Source: Eledone cirrhosa | Lineage: Eukaryota | NCBI GenBank assembly: GCA_964016885.1 | Contig: OZ024745.1 | Location: 117,738,001-117,802,000 of the forward strand | Direction of reading: 5' to 3' | DNA length: 64,000 bases | In this document: positions 13,440 to 27,544 of the stretch, piece after piece | Layout: every line of letters starts with the position of its first letter | Position numbering within the stretch: position 1 is the first letter of the stretch | Program-made: the position numbers and the translations under genes | The notes under the pieces: generated by a model | Seen by the model: only the letters and a program-made list of their open reading frames with translations | The model's database searches: none | What the model was told of the DNA's origin: nothing

Positions 13440-14240
13440 TGGTCAGCTCTTATCTGGCAAACATCTCAAAGCTTATGAGAATAGTTGTTAACAATCACAT
13501 TCTCAAGTCTCTCTCCTATTCCAGTAATCTACGAGAGATTGTCATTCACCAGTTACACCTTGCATTTGAGAACTTCAGCGAAAGCAATGTTGTTGTAGTT
13601 TTGATGTAGTTAGCTTTCAACCATGTTTCGTTTAAGAAACTCTTAACTAAATTGTCAGCCGACAGTCTCTAACCGTCTGAAATTTATTGAATGAGAAGCT
13701 TCTTGTCAGAGTGTGCACCATTGCAATATACGCTATCAGGATCCATCTATCACATCTGGTGTACTATACTCTTTATTCTCTACATGGCAGCCTGTTTCAT
13801 GTCACTTCTAATAACACATGCACTTAGACCAGGCATGAGGGACCTTTTTCGAGAAGCGGGCCGCATGAGATATGGCTCATCATCAGTCGAGCCGCAAGCG
13901 CTAATTTACATTCTTGCCCGCATTAAAAAAGGGCGGTAACTCAGGTTGTTTTCATTTGTTTCTTCAGAATTCGTACACTTGTTTTCCTCGATCGTAAAAA
14001 TGATAGAAAGATAAATTACGACTGAAAAGTTGGGGTAAAAAACTCAGAAAGATATCAATTAGGTGACTTAGGCGAGCTAATCAGAAAGTTTTGCCCATGG
14101 TTGTTCTTGACTATGTTATAGAACTGTCCGCCTCTATTTAAATCAGGTCGCTCCTCAAAAAGTGTCGTACTCCCTAACTACGCTACTGTTTCAAGCCTAA
14201 CATAGATTGATATTTGTAGTGACAAGGTTTGGGAAGTTAC
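13440..14240 (+). mobile_element. Heavily decayed LINE RT fragment (CR1/Jockey-like) interrupted by a MITE
   Basis: Residual AFNHVS..LLTKLS, MRSFLS, ITSGV and LFILY motifs in RT order. Confidence 0.5.
13830..14103 (+). mobile_element. hAT-type MITE, same family as 9151
   Basis: CAGGCATG...GAAGCGGGCCGCATGAGATATGGCTC...TTGCCCATGGTTG. Confidence 0.9.
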
Positions 14241-14316
14241 TTTCCCCGAGGTGAGGGTAAATAGTCGGGTATTGGGATAGATACGAGTATAGAGATATAA
14301 ACAGATGCAAGAGAGG

Positions 14317-14349
<33 letters not shown>

Positions 14350-14504
14350 TGATAAAGGGAGAGGGTAAAACTAAAAGGAAAGAGAGAGAGAAATGGAGAT
14401 GAAGGGAGAGAGTAAAATAAAAAGGAAAGAGAGAGCGAGAGTGAAGTAGGAGGAAAGGTAGTAGCGTCTAGACGGGTTATTTCTATGGGTTTAAATCAAC
14501 AAAA

Positions 14505-14715
14505 TCTACAATGGCTCTTCCAGCGTATCTTCCTTACCATCCTCCGGTGAAACGCCTTCTCCATTCTGTCCGCCGGGACTGTGGGGCGGCCAGCACGTGG
14601 TACACCATTTGCTCACCATACAGAGAGATGGGGAGGGTGAGAGAGATGGAGGCGATGACAGTGGGAGTTCGGCCCTTCCACGCTCGGACCACATCCTTGA
14701 GGTTGTATCACTTAT
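14505..14715 (+). mobile_element. 3' end of CRE-like non-LTR retrotransposon
   Basis: WLFQRIFLTILR plus 3' UTR GAGAGATGGAGGCGATGACAGTGGGAGTTCGGC shared with the 18792 copy. Confidence 0.8.
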
Positions 14716-14771
14716 AACGGCAGTGTGAGCAATACATTCTTCATAAGCCTAAGCCCTTGTCACTTTTATAT

Positions 14772-14838
<67 letters not shown>

Positions 14839-15286
14839 CCTACAATATCAGCAGTTTCACTTAATAACTCGGTCCCATTAATATAGTTTTTATTCATGTT
14901 TTCAACTTAATCTTTGTTGAAAGCCAGCCACACATTTGTAGAAAATATCCTAACCGTTTGATCTTAGTCATCTGAAATATCATTAACTGTCTCCATTATA
15001 GTGTTTCCCGCCAAACAACGCCATTATTACAAAAGTGAACCCCAACAAAAGACAAACCAAAGAATAATAGTAAACCTCTGTAAAACTATATTTCTGGTGT
15101 TTGAATTACCATCTGTTCACAGTTGGTAGACAACTTATGAGTCAATAAATCAATGAGGTAACCTTTAAGAGGTCATTCGATTTGCTAGAAATAGCACCAA
15201 AATCTCTCGCATACTGCTCTCTAATATTTAAACAAAAAAGAAGAAAAATGAAAAGAAAACAAAACAAAAACACTTGATGCAATTGG

Positions 15287-16460
<1,174 letters not shown>

Positions 16461-16609
16461 GTTTATCCCGGGTTCAATCGAGGATAACCACAGTAAGTAA
16501 GGTACTCAATACATAGCAAAATATTAAATATATATATATATATAGAACACAAGCGTTTCTCCATATATTGAGTACTCCCATGATTTGTAGTCTCCTCGGT
16601 CTCAACAGA

Positions 16610-16715
<106 letters not shown>

Positions 16716-16795
16716 AGATGAGCGGAACAAGTAAAATTCAAACAATCTTTCAAAATAAATTCAAAAAATATAATTTAAATATTTTCCTACCATAT

Positions 16796-16876
16796 TGCTT
16801 TTACCGACGGTTTCGCCTCACAAAAGATTGGAAATCCGAGGGACTTCCAATGGAAAGTTCGGCTCTTCAGAAAGCA
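16796..16876 (-). ncRNA. Type I hammerhead ribozyme, intact core
   Basis: Exact reverse complement of 17324-17404. Confidence 0.85.
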
Positions 16877-17323
16877 TTTTCCCTTATATAGGACTTAAAG
16901 TCCCACAGCCGGCAAATATATTGCCTTCAACCAGCTAGTGCAGGATCGAATGGGGCCGTAAACGTGACCTACACGTGAACTGGTCGTTAGTAGAAGCGGT
17001 AGTAGCATAGAGGTGTTGTCTGCGACACCACTAAAAATAACAGCTAGGTAAACAACGGATTTTTTCTCTACACATGGGAGAATTTATATAAAATGGGATT
17101 AATATCCCCACAGGCAGTAAGTTCCCTCGGAAATATATAGGGTGTCTATGATACAGTTGCTATTTTTAGTGGCGTGGCAGACAACACGTCTATGCTACTA
17201 CCGCTTCTACTAACGACCAGTTCACGTGTAGGTCACGTTTACGGCCCCATTCGATCCTGCACTAGCTGGCTGAAGGCAATATATTTGCCGGCTGTGGGAC
17301 TTTAAGTCCTATATAAGGGAAAA

Positions 17324-17404
17324 TGCTTTCTGAAGAGCCGAACTTTCCATTGGAAGTCCCTCGGATTTCCAATCTTTTGTGAGGCGAAACCGTCGGTAAA
17401 AGCA
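17324..17404 (+). ncRNA. Type I hammerhead ribozyme, intact core
   Basis: Stem I UGCUUU/AAAGCA; CUGAAGA (17330-17336); stem II GCC/GGC with inner 11-bp hairpin AUUGGAAGUCC/GGAUUUCCAAU; GAA; stem III ACC-guc-GGU; GUA triplet, predicted cut after 17398. Confidence 0.85.
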
Positions 17405-17596
17405 ATATGGTAGGAAAATATTTAAATTATATTTTTTGAATTTATTTTGAAAGATTGTTTGAATTTTACTTGTTCCGCTCATCTCAATTTTATAGTTCTG
17501 GTATGTCAAATTAATACCATTGAACAACAACTGTATCATAGACACCCTATATATTTCCGAGGGTACTTAGTACCTGTGGGGATATTAATCTCATTT

Positions 17597-17655
<59 letters not shown>

Positions 17656-17954
17656 TGTATTATTGGCAACATGACCCTCCCAAAGTATAACAATATATAT
17701 ATAAATAAATAAATATTAAGAAAACAGCATAGCAATGACTGGACAGCTTCTACTCAGGTTTGCATGATTAAAGTTACTCTGGGGTCAATGACCACTGTCA
17801 ACAACAACAATAACAACTCCGTGTGACGTAGATAAGTTACTGTAACCTGATCTGTATAATACGGCTTTACAAGCCATCATCTTTAACACTCATGTTGACA
17901 TCACTGTTATAATATCATTACTTCGGTGAAGTATTTCAATTACATTAATTACTC

Positions 17955-18412
17955 TGGGTTGGATCTCCGTCAGTTACGACGATCAGTGTTCTAGTTGTTT
18001 AATCAATGGAACAACCTGCTTGTGAAATTAAGATGTATGCTAGGCATGGGTAACCTTTTCCGAGAAGCGGGCCGCATGAGATATGGCTCATCATCAGGCG
18101 GGCCGCAAGCGTTAATTATTAAAAAAAGGGCGGTAACTCAGGTTGTTTTGATTTGTCTCTTGCGAATTCGTACACGTTGTTTTCCTCGATCGTAAAAATG
18201 ATAGAAAGATAAATTACGACTGAAAAGTTGGGGTACAAAAATCAGAAAGATTTCACTTAGGTGACTTAGGTGAGCCATTCAGAAAGCTTTGTGGGCCGCA
18301 GATTGCCCATGACTGGCATGCGGTTGAGCATTCCACAGACACGTGTACCCTGAATATAGTTCTCGGAGAAATTTAACGTGACACGATGTGAGGCAAAGCC
18401 ACCCCTTTAAAT
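17955..18412 (+). mobile_element. SINE-like interspersed repeat split by a MITE; reverse copy near 140-270
   Basis: CCTGCTTGTGAAATTAA...TTGAGCATTCCACAGACACGTGTACCC resembles the reverse complement of 140-270. Confidence 0.55.
18041..18315 (+). mobile_element. hAT-type MITE, same family as 9151
   Basis: TAGGCATGGGTAA...TTGCCCATGACTG with matching body. Confidence 0.9.
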
Positions 18413-18419
18413 TGGTTTA

Positions 18420-18565
18420 AGACCAACAATTTTGGGTGATGGGAAAGTCGACTAAATCGACCACAGTGCATTACTTATACTTTATTTTATTGATCCTGTA
18501 AGGATGAAAGGCAAAGCTAAACTCGGTGGGATTTGAACTGAGAACGTAAAGGGCCGTAACTTTAA
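18420..18565 (-). mobile_element. tRNA-derived SINE fragment
   Basis: AAGGATGAAAGGCAAAG...GGATTTGAAC core in reverse orientation. Confidence 0.7.
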
Positions 18566-18791
18566 ATTTTAGGCACAATTAATTTTTTCCAGCATTTGAG
18601 TAGACTGAAGCATCGTCGAGAATTAAGCCATACTCACTAGTATTTGTCAAGATGAAATATTGTTTTTCAGTATTGGCTCAAAGCCACACTTATAAATACA
18701 AAGGTGGAGGGCGGGGAAGTAAACTCCCTATTTAAAATTATTAATAACTTTATTAATTATTGGTCGATTTTCATAAAGCATGTTTTATAAT

Positions 18792-19160
18792 GGTTGAAGA
18801 GGAGGGCAAACTTTCCAATTACCGGTCCTTCTCCGACAGGTTTAGGGTCGTGCCCTTGGCAGTGGAGACATCTGGTGTCCTTGGCTCTAGGACTACCTCC
18901 CTATTCACCACCATAGGTGCTGAGCTACCCAGCCGCAGGTGTGAGCCTCGCGTGATGGAATGGCTTTTCCAGCGCATCTCCCTTACCATCCTCCGGGGTA
19001 ACGCCTTCTCCATTCTGTCCGCCGGGGCTGTGGGGAGGCCAGCACGTGGGACCCCATTTGCACACCATACAGAGCGGTGGGAAGGGCGAGAGAGATGGAG
19101 GCGATGACAGTGGGAGTTCGGCTCTTCCACGTTCGGACCATATCCTTGTGGTTGTGTTTA
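18792..19160 (+). mobile_element. 3' end of CRE-like non-LTR retrotransposon (restriction-like endonuclease tail)
   Basis: KLSNY...VPLAVETSGVLG...WLFQRISLTILRGNAFSILS. Confidence 0.85.
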
Positions 19161-19213
19161 TTATCTATATAGAAAATTATTTATTTCCCTTCTTGTTATA
19201 TGGTTAAATGGTT

Positions 19214-19620
19214 GAAGTATAGTACAGTGTTAAAATTCTACATAGGTACTAATGTAGTTCACCAGTGTTTGTGCTCGTCTGGGTGTATCCTCAACTGACT
19301 TCATCAAGAACTCAGGTGGTTTGTTGGTCAGTATATGACCAATGTGTTTCTCCAATTTAGTCAAAAGTTTTGATTTTGAACTATAAACTTCTTCCTTCGT
19401 TCATCTTGGAAAATATCACATGGCGTTAAGTCAGAACTTCTTGTTGGCTTTTCATGGGGACCTTGACGACCCATCGAACACCCTGGGGACCTTGGCAACC
19501 CATCGAACATCCTGCTAATTTGACATCCAGCCACTCACAGAGAATGCACGTAAAATGATGAGAGGCCCATCTTGCATGGATACGAGGTCATTAATGTTGC
19601 CCCAACTGGTCACAGTAGGC
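19214..19620 (-). mobile_element. Tc1/mariner transposase C-terminal remnant
   Basis: MQDG (FQQDG-like), SSDLTPCDIF (SPDLTPCD-like), ending PRRAQTLVNYISTYVEF*. Confidence 0.7.
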
Positions 19621-19879
19621 CAATAGTTATAAGTAATTTTCAATAGTGCGCGTGTGTGTGTGTGTGTGTGTGCGTTTAATTTTAGTGGAGAAGGATATAG
19701 GAGGAGTGTCAGAAAAGTAAGAGGACTTAGTGTGCTGTGTGAGCTATGAGTGAGGTCAGGATTAACAAGCTGTGTCACCAGGTGACGTAATATCCGGGGA
19801 GTATATAAACAGAGAGAGAGAGGTAGAGGCAAACTTAACCACTCAGTCATGCTTTTCCCACTATAATAGGAGTTTCTGA

Positions 19880-20430
19880 TTCAGGCAAAGGGACAGCAAT
19901 TTTGGGGAAGGGCAAAGTCGATTAAATCGTCCCCAGTGCGTTACTGGTACTTTATTTTATCAATAAAAGGCAAAGCTGACCTCGGCGGGAGTTGAAATCA
20001 TAACCTAAAGGGCCATAACTCTATGCTGAAAAGCATGGTGCCTGGTGCTCTACCGATACTGCCAATCTACCCCTAATAATGTATATATGAATGGACCCGT
20101 AACTCTTGCTGGAGTCATTAGGGTGCCGTCTTGGATTCTTTAAACCTGGCGGAGCTAAGTTTAAAGAGCCCAGGCTGGAACACAGCCGGTTATTTCCAAC
20201 GGAGGGAGAGGGAGGAGAGGGAGGGGGAGAGGGAGGGAAAGAGTGATAGAAAGTGTGAAGAAGAAGAAGAAGAAGAAGAAGAAGAAGAAGAAACGACCCT
20301 AGTACTAGACTGTCACTTTTTTTTTAAAATGAAAAGCAAAGTTAACGTCGGTGGGGTTTTAATTCAGTGCAGAAAGCCAAAACGAATACCTCAAAGTATT
20401 CCATCCAACGCTTTAATGACACAATTAATT
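19880..20430 (-). mobile_element. Two degenerate tRNA-derived SINE copies
   Basis: Reverse core motifs near 19940-20000 and 20320-20370. Confidence 0.6.
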
Positions 20431-20569
20431 CTCTGCCCAAACTAATACATATTTTAAAATTTAAATTGGTTAAAAATACAAAAAGAAAGCAGTATTGGAA
20501 AGGACTATAAATGCCATAAATGAGAAGAAAATGAGGGGAAGAACAAATACTATTATACAAAGGAAGACA

Positions 20570-21030
20570 GAAAGGGGAAAGGGGAGAGGGTGACAGACTC
20601 TACACCTAGGTCATAGTGGTGTTTTGGCTGTGCCCCGCGGGCGGAAAAAATGGTGGCAAACGCATTTCCGCGGACAATGGCCAGCGACATCCGATGCAAC
20701 AGACACCCCACCTCGCGGGTCTCCTTCCTCTGATGGGCTGCTATCGATCCGATTTTACGGAGGTCGGCTGTCCGGGGTCCGAGGATGCCAAAGGTCTCGA
20801 CGACGAACGGTGCAAAGAGGAAGCGGCGGGACAAGCCCCGGTATTTGCTTATCTTCATGTCCTATGCATTGCGGGCCATGGTACCGGAGTTTGTGGTCGA
20901 GGAGTCTAAGTTGGAGGCGGATAACGTGTCATTGCATATCACGGCTTTGATGAGGGATTTACCTCCTTCGAAAATGAAGAGGATAATTCCGTCGGGGCGC
21001 TTGCCGTCTCCACGGCCGAGGTCGGCTGCA
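20570..21030 (-). mobile_element. CRE-like retrotransposon 3' fragment
   Basis: GRGDGKRPDG (PD motif), KISKY, FVVETFGILGP, LAIVRGNA. Confidence 0.85.
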
Positions 21031-21390
21031 TTTATTTTTGTGAAAAAGCTCAAATGAATGTATGTCATAATGCTTTGCATCAATGCTATATTTAGTTTCA
21101 CCAACAGAGGTGTGTTGCATTAGCATTGTTTTTTCATATTTTATCGCTAAAACGACTCAATGTTCATCATCCAAACTGATGGAGGATCTATCATAACTGA
21201 ATAAAGTTGATGCTATTGTATTGTTTGCTTGCAGTGTTGAGCTCAACACTTTTCACTGGAACAAAATCAGAGTGTGCACCATTGCAATATACGCTATCGG
21301 GATCCATCTATCACATCTGGTGAACTATACTCTTTATTCTCTACATGGCAGCCTGTTTCATGTCACTTCTAATAACACATGCACTTAGAC

Positions 21391-21659
21391 CAGGCATGAA
21401 GGACCTTTTTCGAGAAGCGGGCCGCATGAGATATGGCTCATCATCAGGCGGGTCGCAAGCGCTAATTTACATTCGTGCCCACATTAAAAAAGGACGGTAA
21501 CTCAGGTTGTTTTGATTTGTTTCTTCAGAATTCGTACACTTGTTTTCCTCGATCGTAAAAATGATAGAACGACTGAAAAGTTGGGGTAAAAAACTCAGAA
21601 AGATTTCACTTAGGTGAGCCAATCAGAAAGTTTCGCGGGCCGCAGGTTGCCCATAACTG
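21391..21659 (+). mobile_element. hAT-type MITE, same family as 9151
   Basis: CAGGCATG...TTGCCCATAACTG; left flank duplicates that of the 13830 copy. Confidence 0.9.
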
Positions 21660-21954
21660 TTATCGAGTATCAGAAAAAACAAAAAACAAACAACATAGCA
21701 ATTTAGTATACTATGAACGACAGAATTCTTCATTTACAAAGAGAGGGTCTTAGACAGAAGAGGAAATGTTTCTTTGAGTTTGGAAAACTCAGAAAAAGTA
21801 AGAAATATTGCAATAACTGCAGCAACATTCAGACAGGTTTTATTACAATATGGTACCAGCTTGGCTGACTAATACTTTCTGACAAAGAGAAATAATTCAG
21901 GTCACATGATAATAATGAAATTTTTTATTTGTAATTTAAATGCACATTACAAAT

Positions 21955-22125
21955 TCTCTGGGAAAAATACTGTCGATTAAATCGACCCAGTACTTGACTG
22001 GTATTTATGTTATCGATCCCCGGAAAAGATGAAAGATAAAGTAGACCACGGCGGTATTGAATTCAGAACGTAGATAAATATCACAAAATATTTTGCCCAT
22101 CATTCTAAAACCATTCTGCTAATCC
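21955..22125 (-). mobile_element. tRNA-derived SINE, degenerate
   Basis: GTCGATTAAATCGAC hairpin and reverse core. Confidence 0.6.
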
Positions 22126-22321
22126 TTTAAAAAGAGTGAAATATTGAAAATACTATAAAAATAATTATAGAGATTGATGTATAAAAACGGTTTGTTTGTC
22201 TGCGGAGAGTTACTTGAAGAGATACTGAACTGAATATGAAAGTGTGAGATCAGCAACTTGGATATCGTTATCTAGATTGTAGTTGAGACCTTACGTAATC
22301 AAGATAATATTTTAGCAGAAA

Positions 22322-24324
22322 TGTTGGTTGAGGTGTGTTGGTCGTGTGTCGTCGTGTGTTGGTTGTGAGGTGTGTTGGTCGTGTCGTCGTGTGTTGGTTG
22401 AGTTAGTCGTGTCGTCGTGTGTTGGTTGTGAGGTGTGTTGGTCGTGTGTCGTCGTGTGTTGGTTGAGGAGTTGGTCGTGTCGTCGTGTGTTGGTTGTGAG
22501 GTGTGTTGGTTGTGTGTCGTCGTGTGTTGGTTGAGGTGTTGGTCGTGTCGTCGTGTGTTGGTTGTGAGGTGTGTTGGTTGTGTGTCGTCGTGTGTTGGTT
22601 GAGTTGGTCGTGTCGTCGTGTGTTGGTTGAGGTGTTGGTCGTGTCGTCGTGTGTTGGTTGTGAGGTGTGTTGGTTGTGTGTCGTCGTGTGTTGGTTGAGG
22701 TGTTGGTCGTGTCGTCGTGTGTTGGTTGAGGTGTTGGTCGTGTCGTCGTGTGTTGGTTGTGAGGTGTGTTGGTCGTGTGTCGTCGTGTGTTGGTTGAGGT
22801 GTTGGTCGTGTTGTCGTGTGTTGGTTGTGAGGTGTGTTGGTTGTGTGTTGTCGTGTGTTGGTTGAGGTGTTGGTCGTGTCGTCGTGTGTTGGTTGAGGTG
22901 TTGGTCGTGTCGTCGTGTGTTGGTTGTGAGGTGTGTTGGTCGTGTGTCGTCGTGTGTTGGTTGAGGTGTTGGTTGTGAGGTGTGTTGGTTGTGTGTCGTC
23001 GTGTATTGGTTGAGGTGTTGGTCGTGTTGTCGTGTGTTGGTTGTGAGGTGTGTTGGTCGTGTGTCGTCGTGTGTTGGTTGAGGTGTTGGTCGTGTTGTCG
23101 TGTGTTGGTTGTGAGGTGTGTTGGTTGTGTGTCGTCGTGTATTGGTTGAGGTGTTGGTCGTGTTGTCGTGTGTTGGTTGTGAGGTGTGTTGGTCGTGTGT
23201 CGTCGTGTGTTGGTTGAGGTGTTGGTCGTGTTGTCGTGTGTTGGTTGTGAGGTGTGTTGGTTGTGTGTTGTCGTGTATTGGTTGAGGTGTTGGTCGTGTC
23301 GTCGTGTGTTGGTTGTGAGGTGTGTTGGTCGTGTGTCGTCGTGTGTTGGTTGAGGTGTTGGTCGTGTCGTCGTGTGTTGGTTGTGAGGTGTGTTGGTCGT
23401 GTGTCGTCGTGTGTTGGTTGAGGTGTTGGTCGTGTTGTCGTGTGTTGGTTGTGAGGTGTGTTGGTCGTGTGTCGACGTGTGTTGGTTGAGGTGTTGGTCG
23501 TGTTGTCGTGTGTTGGTTGTGAGGTGTGTTGGTCGTGTTGTCGTGTGTTGGTTGTGAGGTGTGTTGGTCGTGTGTCGTCGTGTGTTGGTTGAGGTGTTGG
23601 TCGTGTTGTCGTGTGTTGGTTGTGAGGTGTGTTGGTCGTGTGTCGTCGTGTGTTGGTTGTGAGGTGTGTTGGTCGTGTGTTGTCGTGTGTTGGTTGAGGT
23701 GTTGGTCGTGTTGTCGTGTGTTGGTTGTGAGGTGTGTTGGTCGTGTGTCGTCGTGTGTTGGTTGAGGTGTTGGTCGTGTTGTCGTGTGTTGGTTGTGAGG
23801 TGTGTTGGTCGTGTTGTCGTGTGTTGGTTGTGAGGTGTGTTGGTCGTGTGTCGTCTTGTATTGGTTGAGTTGGTCGTGTCGTCGTGTGTTGGTTGTGAGG
23901 TGTGTTGGTCGTGTGTTGGTTGAGGTGTTGGTCGTGTTGTCGTGTGTTGGTTGTGAGGTGTGTTGGTCGTGTGTCGTCGTGTGTTGGTTGTGAGGTGTGT
24001 TGGTCGTGTGTCGTCGTGTGTTGGTTGAGGTGTTGGTGGTGTTGTCGTGTGTTGGTTGTGAGGTGTGTTGTCGTGTGTCGTCGTGTGTTGGTTGAGGTGT
24101 TGGTCGTGTTGTCGTGTGTTGGTTGTGAGGTGTGTTGGTCGTGTTGTCGTGTGTTGGTTGTGAGGTGTGTTGGTCGTGTGTCGTCTTGTATTGGTTGAGT
24201 TGGTCGTGTCGTCGTGTGTTGGTTGAAGTGTTGGTCGTGTCGTCGTGTGTTGGTTGTGAGGTGTGTTGGTCGTGTTGTCGTGTGTTGGTTGTGAGGTGTG
24301 TTGGTCGTGTGTCGTCGTGTGTTG
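22322..24324. repeat. 2-kb G/T-rich composite minisatellite
   Basis: Interleaved variants of GTGTGTTGGTTG(TG)AGGTG(TG)TTGGTCGTG(TG)TCGTC; about one A per unit on the plus strand. Confidence 0.97.
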
Positions 24325-24519
24325 ATCTATGATTGCAGCGAGGAAAGCGATAAGGACCCAAAAATGTTGAGATAAACAAGGAAACAAAACTGTTAATTTA
24401 GATGTTTTTATACCATGGAATGCAACGGAACGATATGGCTAACAGTAATACAACAGGAATAGGTAAGAGTTTGAAATAACAAAGAATAGTTATAAACATG
24501 AAAGAGTATTTTGCTGTAA

Positions 24520-24870
24520 TGCCATCCGAGCAAGCTTGGCTCCGTAATAAGCCTTCCTTCTTGCACTCGCTGTACAAGCAGGCATGACAAATCACAGTGG
24601 AGACAGTCAAGGTGTCCTAAGTTAAGACATGGGAGGAATTTAGGCCTAAGCTGGAATCCGACTTTAGATCAGCAAATAAAAAATTCTGACAAACAGTCCA
24701 CCGACTTCGTAATAAGAAGTCCCTTTCTACGCCTGCTATCAAGAATTCGTGTGGCGTTCTTCTCTCTGAAGAGAAGTGCATCTTCGCGAGGTGGATTTAA
24801 TATATTTGCTGATCTACTAAATCCGACCACAACAACACCTTCTGATGTACATGCGGTGTGCCTTGAATAG
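24520..24870 (+). mobile_element. RTE LINE internal fragment (endonuclease-RT linker)
   Basis: KTWEEFRPKLESDFRSANKKF*QTVHRLR...GVLLSEEKCIFARW. Confidence 0.7.
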
Positions 24871-25314
24871 ATTTTTACTCGATGATATCGACCCCAGTAC
24901 TTATATTTTGAAGTTTGATACTTATTGTTGAATTTGTAAGTCGGTGGACATAAAAACAGACACGGTATAATTTGAGAGAAATTTGGCTACTATTTCTAAC
25001 AAGTCGAGGCTCCCGTTTGTGGCACAAACTCTCTTGGTTTTGACTGATCTCAAATGCGTGTGGTCCAACACAGTACGCAGGAGGAATTCTTATGGCAAAG
25101 AACCAGAAGGATTGACTGCAGTTTGAGAAGCAGAAAGATTTGAGAGACTTGCTTCGTACTTCATGTACTTCTTGTGATAATTGCTGTGTTGAGTAAACAC
25201 TTCCAACAAAAAGGTGACTTAAACCAAGTGTTGTAAGCTTCACTTTTAAGTAACAAGGTCACTAAATATATATATTTTAAAATAAATATTTTTAGAATAA
25301 ATAATAGTTGCAAA

Positions 25315-25414
25315 CAATCGGGTAAAGTGTCCCTGGTTAGAGGTGTCTACGGGGAACCGAACCATGCATTTCACGGAAGCCGAGCGAGTGCGTTAACCAT
25401 TACTCTAAAGAGCC
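25315..25414 (-). mobile_element. tRNA-derived SINE head
   Basis: A box TAGAGTAATGG, B box GGTTCGGTTCC, then GGACACTTTAC; acceptor and anticodon stems do not pair well. Confidence 0.55.
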
Positions 25415-25521
25415 GGTGGTCACCAAAACCGTATTTTTTAGAATGTTTTAAGCTTAGCTAAAATGTAAAGAAAGTTGTTAACTTAAATAAAACTGGGCAA
25501 ATTTGAAATTTGAAATCTCTG

Positions 25522-26145
25522 CGTCCTAACACAGAGGCTCAGCGCCTATGGTGGTGAGTTGGGAGGTAGCCCTAGGGCCAAGGATACCAGAAGTATCCAC
25601 TGCCAAGGGTACGACCCCAAACCTGTCGGAGAGGGACCAGTACTTGGAGAGTTTGCCCTTCTCAGCCCGAAGTGTAGCAGAACCTGGGTTTATCGCAGAC
25701 TGCACCAGGTTGCGGCTGGAGAAAGTGTCGCTGGAAGTGGCATGCCAGACGAGGGGTTTGCCACTGCGGAACGGGAAGATGGTCATGCCGTCTGGCTTTT
25801 TGTCGTCCCCTCGGTCCAGCCCCACCACTCGAGCTGGGAGGGGAAACCTGCAGTATCCAAGCCATGATTTATGACCTCGTTGAGGGCAGCATGGCGTAAG
25901 GCGGCCGGATCTGTAACGACAGGAAAGCAGATGGAGGCCGAAAGGGTCCACGGTGGAACTGCAGCGACATTTGTGTGGCTCGCAGATCCGGAGGCCAAGC
26001 CTCAGGGAAACGCCGATGCGCAGGCTATCGTTGTCCAGCTGCGTGATAGTGGAGAAGGAGGGCAAGGCATGGAGCCAGGCACCACTGTGTCTGATGACCC
26101 TGTGATAAACAGGTGCAACTCAGCGTGGCTGTCAACAACAGCTCC
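25522..26145 (-). mobile_element. CRE-like retrotransposon fragment (zinc knuckle and restriction-like endonuclease)
   Basis: SGAWLHALP, LRLGL, CRC...GLHLLSC, GLDRGDDKKPDG, KLSKY, VPLAVDTSG. Confidence 0.88.
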
Positions 26146-26254
26146 GTATGATTGCCTTCGAGTCAAAAACAATTTCTTTCTCTGCTTTTTATCCTTATAG
26201 CCTCATGGAATGTGTTTACCATTATTCCTTTATTACATAACTATTATGCAATAT

Positions 26255-26314
26255 GAACCTGATGATGTCACCAGGATCCTACGTAACCTGGCCACTGAAA
26301 TGTACATAATGTTT
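26255..26314 (+). ncRNA. Minimal type I hammerhead motif, U-U variant, stem I perturbed
   Basis: CUGAUGA (26259-26265), U...U, CCAGG/CCUGG, GAA, palindromic AUGUACAU, AUA triplet. Confidence 0.6.
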
Positions 26315-26355
26315 GTAAAAATAAAAATAAAAATTTGAAGGAATTTCACCTGGCC

Positions 26356-26488
<133 letters not shown>

Positions 26489-27216
26489 TATATTTATCTA
26501 ATTCTATCTATATTCTATCTATGTATCTTTCTCTTTCTTTCTCACCCCCTCTCTCTCTCTGACAACACACACATATATATATAATGTATGGGTACATGTG
26601 CATGTTACTGAGGCTGTAAGTGTATATTTGTTAACCGAAATATGTGTAAAGAACTCCATAAAATCCCTGCTATAAACTCCGTGGCTTGAGTTTACCAAAA
26701 CTGCTATTTCCAGATAAGAATTAACATAGGCACAATTTTAGAGGGGGGAGGGTGGTGGTGCCTTTATGACGTTCGTTTTCTTTTTTAGAATTTCGGTGTG
26801 AATGTCCTCTTTACAGGTTATAATGCCCAGCTTCTATCAATATATTCAACAAACCCTTCAGAATTTTCTCATCTTTTAATTTCTCATTTTCTCATTTTTT
26901 AATTTAATTTGAATTTTCCTTTGTTGTGTTTATAAGCACGTTTAAAATTATATTTTCATTTAAATACATTAAAGCAATCATTTTAAAACCTTATATCAAC
27001 AGTTCCTCGTTTACTCTCTGAATTATGGTTTCTTAAGCATATTTGATTGATATGAATGTGATATGGAGGTTCAAATACTGAATTCCAATAATTTAGCTTG
27101 CCACTGCAATATTATAAGGAAGGAGGATACATACATATATACATACACACATGATGGCTGCTCCCTCGTTATCGAGTATGGCCATTGTATTATATACCAT
27201 TATTAATAATTATTAA

Positions 27217-27402
27217 GGTGGTGGTTTAGCAGTATCGGTAGAGGGTCGGACGCCATGATTTGCAGCACAGAGTTACGCCCCTTTCTGATCTGAGTCAAAT
27301 CCTGCCGAGGTTGACTTTGCCTTTCATCCTTACGGGGTCGATAAAATAAAGTACCAGTAATGTACTGGGATAATTGCTGGCCTTGTGCCAAATGTAGAAA
27401 CA
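27217..27402 (+). mobile_element. Full-length tRNA-derived SINE with 18-bp target site duplication
   Basis: ATTATTAATAATTATTAA at 27199-27216 and 27403-27420; head, core and tail all present. Confidence 0.92.
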
Positions 27403-27544
27403 ATTATTAATAATTATTAATTAATTCTATCGTGCAATGGCTGTGCGTGAAGATTTTTTAAAAAGTGACATACATACATACATACATACATACATACATA
27501 CATACATACGTACGCAGATACATACATACGTACGTACGTACATA

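Noticed and set aside
18045-18105. CUGAUGA...GAAA on the minus strand of the hAT MITE
   Set aside because: Stem I and stem III have at most 1-2 pairs; likely coincidence.
21268-21659. Transposition using a cryptic CAGAGTGTGCA end
   Set aside because: Flanks AACAAAAT and TTATCGAG do not form an 8-bp duplication.
25342-25414. tRNA gene
   Set aside because: Has A and B boxes but poor acceptor and anticodon pairing, and continues into SINE-like sequence.
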